A stretch of 39,272 bases of DNA, taken from Octopus bimaculoides. Taxonomy: Eukaryota. Shown in pieces: positions 12,346 to 24,050 of this stretch. The notes below the pieces were generated by a model. The model saw nothing but the letters and a program-made list of their open reading frames with translations. It was not told the origin of the DNA and searched no databases. The first letter of the stretch is position 1. Each line of letters starts with the position of its first letter. The stretch is from contig NC_068981.1 in the NCBI RefSeq assembly GCF_001194135.2, forward strand, positions 142,478,831-142,518,102, in the 5' to 3' direction. A program made the translations under genes and the position numbers.

Positions 12346-14838
12346 TGGTCATTTCGCTAATATAGACTAGCGTCTGTATTACGGAGTTTATATCAATCTT
12401 CATCTTTATTACCAGCTTCACCTTTAAGGCAGTTGGACGCATGTAAATATGTAGTAAGTGAAACCAAATCTATTCATGCCTTCCTCTTACATTCTTGCCA
12501 GACGAAGGTTTAAATTTTCATATTTGTATATAGTAAAAATCCCTTTTGCACACAATTGTACAGCGTTCTAAAAGACTGTAAAATAAATTATTTTATTAGA
12601 AGAAAACAAAAATATTGCCTCCTGATTCTTTTTACAAACAGTTGAATTTCTTCATTATGACATTCTTGAATGAAACTCAAGTTTGTACAAATTGAATTTG
12701 TCATAATTATTTGAACGAATATCCTGATCAGCTTTGTATTCAGATTTACAAAGTGTTTCATAACTTTCTGTACCGCGTCATATTACTGACTATCGTATTT
12801 TTGGAAAAAACAGGATTAGAAGCTGGCATTTGCTGCATGATAGGTGTCTATCACGAAATGAAAGCAAAATCTTTATAAAAGGAGATTTTTTTATTAAACA
12901 AACGAAAGCATAGCATTACAATGACCAAAGTTGTAAGCACTTCTGAACTTTTAATAAGTTTTTTGTTTGCTTTTAAACTTTAATTCAAGATTAAGAGTAG
13001 CAGAATTTAGATTATTATTTCTTAGGAGTTTTGCTTTCAGTTAGTATCATTGAATTTCCACAGTAGCAGGATACAGATTTGTATTAAATTTTCAGTTAAG
13101 TTGACAAGAACAGTAGCTGAATTGCAGACTTTATTTTTATATTGCATGAATTTCGCCTACCAAACTAACTTTGCCCTCACATGGGCAGGTGGCTCCTCCT
13201 ACCGTACAGTAGATGCATTTTGGAATTAAAAAAATTATATATTAGCCATGGCTTCACTATTCATATGATCAGATATTCTTCTTAGTTGATATATTCTTAT
13301 ACCTCTTCATGCAAGCTCATCTTACTACATATAGATATAGCTCATTCATTTCTTGAATTTATAATAAAATTAGTATTACATTAATATTCACTATTATATA
13401 GAAAATTATTTTTCATAATAAATTATCGCACTTTCTCTTTTGGTACATTCGTATCATGCACTTTGTTCCAATATAGAAATTGTATAAACACCGAAGATAT
13501 GGGTTCTAATATTTTTTACAATTATAATTTCTCATTCATAAAATTCGTATTTTATTTTAATCATCAACAATGAAAAATAATTCAAATATTGTTTAACAAA
13601 AGGATATTTATTAATTTTATAGCATTGCCTGGATACAAAGCGGATTACAATGAAAAATGCACGCGCCTTCATGTTAATAATCTTAAGCTATAACACCAGG
13701 AAATGGACAGAACAATATTTCTACATTAAAATTTGACTAATTCTTCACCTTTAAATGAATCTAAAAAGAACGTAAAATTAAAATTCTACTGGACTTAAGA
13801 TATTGAAGCTGAGAATAATATTTTTGAAATTAAAATACATTACATAAACGAAATTTGAGATGAATATTTTCTTTATTATGACAATCTAAAAACAAGTAAA
13901 TCTTTATAAACATGTTACAAAAATAAACAAAAATAGATTGAAACAAAAGTTTTTAAAGCATGTTTTGAAATATACAATTAAAATATTCATCTAGCTGTAT
14001 CAAGTACAAACAATACAATATGAACTTGCAAATAATATCGCACAATAGTTTTTTCACTCGAATTGAAATCACATTAAAAAAAACAAACATTGAATGAAGT
14101 AGAATGGTCATTGGATAGTTTCGAATTAATCATATACTTAGTCAATTCTTCCACATTAAAAAAAAAATATCTGAAAAATAAATAAAAAGTAAAATTTATT
14201 AGTTAGCATTAATACAGTAAAATTAGTCTAATTCGTCTTTGGCTAATTCGTTACTTTACCTAATTCGTCACATTCAGTTTTCTCCTGGGGGTGACTAATT
14301 AGGCGAATTTTACAGCATTTAAAAAACAAATTATTTTATTTCATTTTTAAAATAATGCTTTTTGCAAAAATGAGCCCATGGCCTTCAATACAGTCTTAAG
14401 TAATTTTGTTTAAANNNNNNNNNNNNNNNNNNNNNNNNNNNNNNNNNNNNNNNNNNNNNNNNNNNNNNNNNNNNNNNNNNNNNNNNNNNNNNNNNNNNNN
14501 NNNNNNNNNNNNNNNNNNNNNNNNNNNNNNNNNNNNNNNNNNNNNNNNNNNNNNNNNNNNNNNNNNNNNNNNNNNNNNNNNNNNNNNNNNNNNNNNNNNN
14601 NNNNNNNNNNNNNNNNNNNNNNNNNNNNNNNNNNNNNNNNNNNNNNNNNNNNNNNNNNNNNNNNNNNNNNNNNNNNNNNNNNNNNNNNNNNNNNNNNNNN
14701 NNNNNNNNNNNNNNNNNNNNNNNNNNNNNNNNNNNNNNNNNNNNNNNNNNNNNNNNNNNNNNNNNNNNNNNNNNNNNNNNNNNNNNNNNNNNNNNNNNNN
14801 NNNNNNNNNNNNNNNNNNNNNNNNNNNNNNNNNNNNNN

Positions 14839-14873
<35 letters not shown>

Positions 14874-16113
14874 GAGCGTATATGCGTGAACGTAATATGT
14901 GTAATATGTGTGTGTGTGTGTGTGTGTTTCCATGTATATAGTTTTCTGCACCATATGTCTGAAAAGGTATACTATGCGGGTACACAACTCGTATTAAAAG
15001 CTCATACAGATAATTGTTTTCATATTGTTGTCACGGCTAGACTTCTTTACCCTTGATTGAGCTGATGAAAATTATTGTAATACCTTGTTATTACACACGT
15101 TTATCAGTAATGGTGATATCCCTGACACAGCCCTCCAATTATTAGTTATGATATACTTGCGTCCTCTGAGGGAGATTTGACTGTTATTTCTAGATTTTCA
15201 CGGATGATATTGCATCTCAAGTGCCATTCATTAGCTGGTGTTGAAGATGTAGTCTCATGTGGATGATAATAGCATCGCTTTCTCACCTGACACTTAACTT
15301 TAGCTATTCTAACACCTTTTCTCTTTTCACTAACTTAATAATTCGCAAGTTAAAACGTCGTATTGTTTGCAGGTAGTTTTTCTCTAATACATTTATTGAC
15401 CTAAAACATAATCAGACATCGATGTGCATACACGCACTCACACGTCCACGGGCATGCACATACACATACACGCACATGCGCACATACACAGACACACAAA
15501 TGCACACACACAGACACGCACACATACACATATTTGTTTATTTGTTTGCAGACATTCGTGTCAATTAATCTTTCATATATTGTCGCTGTCTTTCTCTCTG
15601 TATACCATTTATACCATATATCATCGTTTACCTTCCAATTTCATATTTTTCTTCGAAACTGGAAATACAAAAGAAGAAAAGAAAGAAAGAAATGGTAAAT
15701 TGTTCCCAAAGTTTGAAAATGTCAATGAAAAACAACATCGAACAGCTGTCATGGACTTACAATCTCAAAAAGCGCATATTGACACAGAAAAGCACATCCT
15801 ATACGTTGGGCAGCAATTTTGATTGCTCGTCTCGTTTTTACATAATCATATTTGAACTAATCTGAACTTTCACTATTTAATGGGAGATAATAGGTCATAC
15901 ACAAATGGAGCGTAATGAAGAATAGTATTTGGATAAAAATATGACAAGTTGTGAGTGAATGTTGAAAATAATTAATAAAGAAACGTATGAACTAATCTGA
16001 AGTTAAAGTTTATTTCATCAAAATAAAAATGAAAAAGTAGCACTCATGTTTACAATCACTTAGAAGGTTAAATCAATGACGATAAATCCTCGATTCTGCA
16101 CACGGAATCCAGA

Positions 16114-16351
16114 TTAATCTGTACCCTTCTCACAGAAGAACTCTTCGTTAACATCTGTTCCCCTTGGAATAGATTTTTGAGTAAACATAATCATTGCAAA
16201 GATCACATAACAACCAAAACTCCTTCTGCTTGACTTTGTATCTACTCCAGAATTTCTAGCAGATGGAGCAGTCGGCGTCCTCTCACTCCGAATCCTCAAC
16301 ACTATCATGGCCACTATCACTATAGTCACACTCTACACTCTTTTCTGCCAT
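16114..16351 (-). pseudogene. Decayed coding relic: acidic linker plus PHD-type zinc finger, possibly the C-terminus of a pogo/Tigger-like transposase
   Basis: Translation MAEKSVECDYSDSGHDSVEDSE*EDADCSIC*KFWSRYKVKQKEFWLLCDLCNDYVYSKI...(frameshift)DVNEEFFCEKG. Spacing fits C-x2-C...W-x2-C-x2-C-x4-H-x2-C...FFC-x2-C with H>Y, C>I and the last C>G. Two in-frame stops and one frameshift. Confidence 0.6.
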
Positions 16352-17055
16352 TTTAGTGCAACTGACCTTCACTATTTTCTAATCTTTAACTCTTGTTGAC
16401 TCTTTGGTGCATTGCTACTTCTATTTCTCTTTTGGATTCAATATGCAAACTCATTACCACCAATCGATTTTCAGTGAACATTAATATCAATGATTACATG
16501 AAACAATGCTGCTAAAACACTTTCAAATATGTTTTCAGGGTGGTTTTTATTTTTTAAATTCTTCTCTTTTTCTACTTATAGAAACTCAAGTGCTATAACC
16601 TGAGTGATGCATTTTTCCTCACTCCGCAAACTGACAACTGCCTCGTTGTGCCCCACTTTCGAATTTACTTCAATTTCAGAATTTCCAACTATATTTCTAT
16701 TTATCCATGACAACATGGGCAAAAACATATTCCATAAAAAATATCCGCACTCTTTCTTGCAGCACAACGGATCATAAGTTGACTAGTCTACCGACTGCGG
16801 TCGGTGATCTAAAATGTGGATCTTAAGGTGTCACCAGAAAGAATACAATAGTAGCAGATTTGGATTTGGAGAAAGTGATGAACATCAGCCAAATGACCCA
16901 ATATTCCCCCCTGAGCCATTATGCCACTCTCCACTCTATCGTTCATATATCGATTATAATTTAATTCACTTAGCACCGCCTACTACAATTACGTGGCGGG
17001 AAACACCCCGCCAACAAGATTCTTCATCACTGTCTTCTTGTTTACTTTCACTTTT

Positions 17056-17256
17056 CGACTGGCGTTACCGTGTCGGGTAAAATGCATAGCAGCATCTCGT
17101 CTGCCTTTATATTCTGAGTTCATAATCCGTCGAGGTCGACTTTGCCTATCAACTTTTCGAGTTCGATAAAATAAGAACCGGTTGAATACTGTGGTCGATG
17201 TCATTGACTAGCACCCTCCCCTTATATTTAAAGCCTTGTACATATAGCAGAAATTG

Positions 17257-17294
<38 letters not shown>
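17056..17294 (+). mobile_element. SINE (type C) with a (CAT)n tail
   Basis: 'gggtaaaatgcatagcagcatctcgtctg...ttctgagttcataatccgtcgaggtcgactttgcc...gtggtcgatgtcattgact' is similar to 33738-33965. Ends in (CAT)n at 17257-17294. Confidence 0.8.
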
Positions 17295-17298
<4 letters not shown>

Positions 17299-18401
17299 CG
17301 GTTTTTCGCATGCTACTGAGGGCACATTTTATCAGCTTCTGAGGATGCGTATTGATTTTGTTGTATATTTAAGCCTATGTACAAGAAAACTCATGAGAGT
17401 CACAGCCTTTTGGTACACCCTCGTTCATATATAATGCTTAAGGGCTGCGAAAATTCATAACTGAGATAACTCAGTAATATTATAGAGTGAATCCTATGAA
17501 TTTGCAAAGATTATATAGCCTGGCACACGAGTCTTATGTTTACCTATGAAAACAGTTTATGTATTTTGTATATCTCCTTGCAGATATTCATTCAATTCCC
17601 GTTTAATTGGGAGCATCCCCAAATCTATGAGGGTCGTAACGATTTCAAGGGAAAACTCGATGTATTACATTGAGAAGAACTATGGCTGCATATGTCATTA
17701 TGTTATTAAAAGTCATCTTATAAATTAAAGTCGACGCCATTATATGATGCTTGTAGTAACACATAGATACGAGGACATATCTTATGCATTCGTAATTCGG
17801 TACACGCAGCAAAAGATAAACGCCTGCCAGTCTTCGGTGAGAGTTTAATCCACTCGTGTTTTCCTGATTATGAATACACTGAACCGCAAAAGAGACGCGA
17901 CTCGTGTGTGACTGTGAAATATGTTTAATCTCATCTGGCGTCTCACTTCAGGGAAAGTAGAAAGGTTACTTGCAGTTTGGGTCTTAGCTATAAACCAGCA
18001 TGTCTTAGAATATTAGCACTTACATACCCGAAATACGTTTTCAGAATTTACCATATAAAAATAACATTTGAAAAATCTCGTTTCTTTTGCGGATCAGCAT
18101 ATATGCTCACGCAGGTACATCCAAATAAAGGAACACACACACACACACACACACATGTACACAGACAGATATTCGGAGTGATATGGATGTATATCGAAGC
18201 TGCACTGTCTTGAGGCATCGGCAAACCGGGCAATTGACCTCACAGATGTAAGAGCCCAATACTAATCTATTTATGATATAGTTTGCTGTCAATGAATAAA
18301 GACTACGTGGACTAGTGCATTGATATTCCCAGGGGGCTATAATACTGATTAGATTACCCTTTATATAGGAAAACATAAACATATGTAGATACGTAAAGAA
18401 G

Positions 18402-18436
<35 letters not shown>

Positions 18437-19494
18437 NNNNNNNNNNNNNNNNNNNNNNNNNNNNNNNNNNNNNNNNNNNNNNNNNNNNNNNNNNNNNNNN
18501 NNNNNNNNNNNNNNNNNNNNNNNNNNNNNNNNNNNNNNNNNNNNNNNNNNNNNNNNNNNNNNNNNNNNNNNNNNNNNNNNNNNNNNNNNNNNNNNNNNNN
18601 NNNNNNNNNNNNNNNNNNNNNNNNNNNNNNNNNNNNNNNNNNNNNNNNNNNNNNNNNNNNNNNNNNNNNNNNNNNNNNNNNNNNNNNNNNNNNNNNNNNN
18701 NNNNNNNNNNNNNNNNNNNNNNNNNNNNNNNNNNNNNNNNNNNNNNNNNNNNNNNNNNNNNNNNNNNNNNNNNNNNNNNNNNNNNNNNNNNNNNNNNNNN
18801 NNNNNNNNNNNNNNNNNNNNNNNNNNNNNNNNNNNNNNNNNNNNNNNNNNNNNNNNNNNNNNNNNNNNNNNNNNNNNNNNNNNNNNNNNNNNNNNNNNNN
18901 NNNNNNNNNNNNNNNNNNNNNNNNNNNNNNNNNNNNNNNNNNNNNTATATATATATATATATATATATACATATGAAGGAATACGTAAATAAATACATAC
19001 ATGTATATATATGTATATATATGAATGAATAAATAAATGAGCTTGACATTTCTAAACAAACTAAGATGCAAACAAGCTAGCCAAGCAAAATAAACACCCT
19101 AAGCAAGTAATGAAACAAAATACTAAAATACAGAAAAAAAAGAAATGAATAAGATTATATTATATATATGAACGAAACGAAAATATATGACATACATATA
19201 ATTAAAATATGACTCTCTTTTCAATGTTGATATTTTAAAATTTATAAATACATCACAAATTATATATACAAAACACAGCACACATTTGCACACATAGACA
19301 CACAAAACATATCCCTTCTCAGCTAATCTCAAACTTATATGGACATGCATACGCACATACACTTCGCTGGTGTTATTTATTTATTCGCTTGGTGGGAAGC
19401 TAAAGTTTGACTTCATTCAAATCTCGATTTTATGCAGTTTCAATTTATTATAATTGGAAATATAATCTATTGAATAGAATATATAAATGTAGAA

Positions 19495-19704
19495 ATATAC
19501 ATATATGACGTGCATACATACATACATACATACATATATACATACACACATATATATACATACACGCATATATGCATATACATATATATATATATGTATG
19601 TATATTCAAGTATATATATATTTATATATGTATGTATTTATATATATGGGTATATGAAAAATTAATATGTAATATATACGAAATTATATAATTTATAATA
19701 TAAT
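19495..19704. repeat. (TA)/(TACA) low-complexity tract
   Basis: Direct reading. Confidence 0.85.
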
Positions 19705-20049
19705 NNNNNNNNNNNNNNNNNNNNNNNNNNNNNNNNNNNNNNNNNNNNNNNNNNNNNNNNNNNNNNNNNNNNNNNNNNNNNNNNNNNNNNNNNNNNNNNN
19801 NNNNNNNNNNNNNNNNNNNNNNNNNNNNNNNNNNNNNNNNNNNNNNNNNNNNNNNNNNNNNNNNNNNNNNNNNNNNNNNNNNNNNNNNNNNNNNNNNNNN
19901 NNNNNNNNNNNNNNNNNNNNNNNNNNNNNNNNNNNNNNNNNNNNNNNNNNNNNNNNNNNNNNNNNNNNNNNTATATATATTCATATACACACACATGCAT
20001 GCACACACACACACTCTCACCCTCAGACACACATACTCGCACATACATG

Positions 20050-20088
<39 letters not shown>

Positions 20089-21223
20089 GTGTATGTGCGT
20101 GCGTGTGTGTGAGTGCGCGCACACTCTTTCATACATACGCATACAAGTATACAGAGAATGAATAGAAAGCAAATTTACATGCCATCACATAGAATATCCC
20201 AAACGTATAGAAAATCCAAGTATCTTTGAATTACAGGAAATAAAAAGAAAAATATTCCTCGAAAGTTTGCAATTTGAGAAAATAAGAAAAAAATATGGTA
20301 AATGAAGGAATATTTAAAATCTAGCTAAATATAATATGTATCTGAATTAGAAAAAAACTTCCACTTTGCTTTCATTGTAAATAATGTATATAGTCGCTGT
20401 AAGAAATATATATTTTGATATGTATTATAATATATTGCATTGATAGTCTTATAAATAATAATAATTCTACATACACATCTTCTCGTTTAGGAGAGTTTTA
20501 TAATTAACGAATAGGACATTTTTTTACCTAAAGATATATTGCCATTATATATATGCTTGTGCGTATATACGCATATANNNNNNNNNNNNNNNNNNNNNNN
20601 NNNNNNNNNNNNNNNNNNNNNNNNNNNNNNNNNNNNNNNNNNNNNNNNNNNNNNNNNNNNNNNNNNNNNNNNNNNNNNNNNNNNNNNNNNNNNNNNNNNN
20701 NNNNNNNNNNNNNNNNNNNNNNNNNNNNNNNNNNNNNNNNNNNNNNNNNNNNNNNNNNNNNNNNNNNNNNNNNNNNNNNNNNNNNNNNNNNNNNNNNNNN
20801 NNNNNNNNNNNNNNNNNNNNNNNNNNNNNNNNNNNNNNNATAGGAAATGTACGTCGACCCTCCCATACACTTCTTAAAATGTAACTATTATTCATTTGCA
20901 GTTTGACTTTATTATTTAAAAGAACAGAAAATAGAGTAGAATATACGCATTTTGGTATTATTTGACCTTTCTCTTATTGAAAATGATTTTATTCCACAAC
21001 TCTACTTCTCATTTGTTGCTGAAGAAGATCATCGCACTCAATTATATATTTACTATACTTGTTATTATTTTTAGAAGCTTGAAAATTGGTTGCTTTTCTC
21101 TTAGTCAATTTTAATTATAGAATTTTCTGTGCTAGGAAACCTTGTATATACTGAGTAGTGTAGAAAGTCTAAAGTTGTATAATTCTGACCATCACACAAT
21201 GATTACCTAATTTTCTTGTCCAG

Positions 21224-21281
21224 GTTCCGGCTACCTGTCGTGCAATGCACAAGAATCAACTCTTCTATCTCTGTCACAAAG
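21224..21281 (+). CDS. Candidate 58-nt internal exon, product unknown
   Basis: Acceptor 'ttttcttgtccag|', donor 'aaag|gtgaat'. Open as GSGYLSCNAQESTLLSLSQ or VPATCRAMHKNQLFYLCHK. No homology recognised. Confidence 0.25.
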
Positions 21282-22094
21282 GTGAATGATGAGATTGAAC
21301 GTTACACGGGTGCCAGTTTTGTATACTATTTTAAGGACTACTCTTATACAATTCCTTGCTAAAGAGAACTCTCTCTCTCTCTCTGAATTGCTTATATTTG
21401 TTCCGCAGCGTTTTCTTATCATCATAATGATATAGAAGATCACCAATATACATTGCATTTTCTTAAGTGAAACAAAGTCATTCGTATAATCTAATTGCAA
21501 CTGGACGGCATGGTTCGTTGTACAACACGGAATTTATTTCTAAAGCCATATATGAATGCAGAATGAATAATGAAAATACCGGATGCAAACTTCTCAAAAC
21601 ACGTACTCACTAATCTATTCTTCATTACAAAGTCGAACGATATTTGTTGCAATTAGCTAGCATTTGTAGCATCAGATCTACTTCCTCATAACACCAACAC
21701 ATTCATGCCGAACCTTTGGACTTCGTGTACTGCCATAACAAATATCATCCCTTCTATTGCGAGTAAGTGGATTCAAATGAATTTATACCACGTCTTATGC
21801 TAAAATGACGGATACAAGTTCTGCTTATTTGAAAATCTAGTTTCCAAATCGGTTAATCTCACTGTAGATATCTTGTCCCTATTTTTCTAGACAAGGGACG
21901 GCGTTAATATACTACCCTTATTCATCTAACTGGAATAATAATTAAAACACTACTGTGCTGTTCCTCCATTCGCCAGGTGTTATACCTTGGTTGCTCCACT
22001 AGATCAGCGATCGGACTATGTAAACATCGGCTTCCAGAAAACAAATAATGAAAACAACGAAAACGGCAGGATGCATCTTATGCATCTTTCACAA

Positions 22095-22245
22095 TACACA
22101 CACACACACACACACACACCCACACACAAACACACTCATACACACACACTCACACACACTCACTCACACACACACACATACACGCACATATATATCTATA
22201 CAAATATTACATATATATGCATACACATATATATATATATGCATG

Positions 22246-22279
<34 letters not shown>

Positions 22280-22314
22280 CATATATATGTACGAATGTGT
22301 ATATATATATATAN
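22095..22314. repeat. Compound (CA)/(TA)/(TATATG) microsatellite
   Basis: Direct reading. Confidence 0.9.
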
Positions 22315-22579
22315 NNNNNNNNNNNNNNNNNNNNNNNNNNNNNNNNNNNNNNNNNNNNNNNNNNNNNNNNNNNNNNNNNNNNNNNNNNNNNNNNNNNNNN
22401 NNNNNNNNNNNNNNNNNNNNNNNNNNNNNNNNNNNNNNNNNNNNNNNNNNNNNNNNNNNNNNNNNNNNNNNNNNNNNNNNNNNNNNNNNNNNNNNNNNNN
22501 NNNNNNNNNNNNNNNNNNNNNNNNNNNNNNNNNNNNNNNNNNNNNNNNNNTATACATATATATATATATTTATACACAT

Positions 22580-24050
22580 ATATATCCGATTTCACACCTC
22601 TCACATCATCAAGGTATTTGAGAGGGTAGCTAGATCGGAAATAACCCACTTTCTGGAAAGCAACAGACTGCTCAACCCCAGCCAACATAGGTTTTTTTTA
22701 TGGAAGGAACTGCCTAACGCAGCTCCTGCATCAAATTGATGGAATTTTGTGAGCTTCGGGATAGGGTTCCAGCACTGATGTCATCTACCTTGATTTACGC
22801 AAGTCCTCAGACAGGGTTGCTCATAAGATTCTCTTGGAAAATCTGCCCAAAATTGATGTCTCTGGAAAGTTGCTACAGTGGATCAAGTGTTTCCTGACAG
22901 GCAGAACCCAATACGCTGTGGTCGAAGTAACATCAAGCCCGGCCAATGTCAGTAACTGCATTCCACAAGGCACTGTGTCATCACTTCTTGCCGTCATCTA
23001 CATCAATATCATTATTGATATTATCAAGCACAGCAACATAAGAATCTTTGCAGATGATTCCAATGTCGAGAAGGTCATCAATGAAGTGGTTGACCGGATA
23101 TGCCTTCAGTCAAATCTACTGGCTGTCCTCAAATGGGTAGAAAAGAATAATATGCTGCTGAACGAGGAAACATTTGAGTTAATCCACTTCCGGAAAGGGA
23201 ATACCCTGAAATTCGCATACTCCCATTCTTCAGGGGAAACTCTCATGGTATCNNNNNNNNNNNNNNNNNNNNNNNNNNNNNNNNNNNNNNNNNNNNNNNN
23301 NNNNNTATATATCTATATATATACAAAGAGTGGATAGGGCTACTGCTACGTAATCATTTAAGCTTTCAAAAATTTGATATGGCCCGCAGAATGTGTTCCT
23401 GTATTCTCAGAACTTTCCAGTCGAGAAATATCCCCACCATTATCCTTCTCTTCTCCACTTTTGCCCGACCACACCTTGAATACTGTTGTTTAGTGTGGTC
23501 TTCCCACACAAAATAAAGTATCATGAAAGTCGAAGTACCCCAAAGTTCAATTACAAAAAAAAAAATACATGGTATGACAGACCTTGCTTATTGGGGTTGA
23601 CTAGACAAGTTCAAGCTTTATTCTCTCCCGTGCCGCTGTGAGCGCTACATCATCTGCATTACATAAATGATGTTGCCATCGCCTTTACGTTATATCAAAA
23701 ACATGGACCCCGTGCTATCTTCCCACAACACAAATCACAGTCGCATTTCATAACAGCAATACGGCACAATTATTTCACCTCAATAGACCCCCGATCTCTT
23801 TAACATTACACAAAAACACATTAACGCAGAAACAGATCACATAATGTTCAAGGAGTCTTTAGACAAATTCCTTCAAGGAATCCCGGATAAACCTCCTACA
23901 CCTGGATATGTCTCCGTAAACAATAACTCTCTACTCGAATGGGCCATGTTGACCGATTGCTGATTTGAATGAGTCCGCCAGGTGGTGCTGTTAAGATAGA
24001 CATGGCCTGGGTCAGTACTGGCTGAAACACATGAAAGTATCAAAGTATAT
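22580..24050 (+). mobile_element. 5'-truncated CR1/L2-like non-LTR retrotransposon (LINE): decayed ORF2 reverse transcriptase and 3' UTR
   Basis: Translation across frameshifts: SHIIKVFER, GRNCLTQLL, DVIYLDLRKSSDRVAHKILL, WIKCFLTGRTQ, IPQGTV, IFADD, RPHLEYCCLVWS, LYSL..R.ERY, FKESLDKFLQGIPDKP..PGY...NSL. The ORF ends at ~23963, followed by a short 3' UTR and a short repeated tail (gaaagtatcaaagtat). Confidence 0.93.

Noticed and set aside
12400-14200. AT-rich block as a MULE/hAT-type transposase (Cys-rich string CTVGGATCPCEG on the minus strand near 13170-13210)
   Set aside because: All frames I read are interrupted by stops, and the Cys pattern does not fit a SWIM or BED finger well enough to call.
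17198-17434. Poly-His ORF
   Set aside because: The His run is the (CAT)n tail of a SINE.
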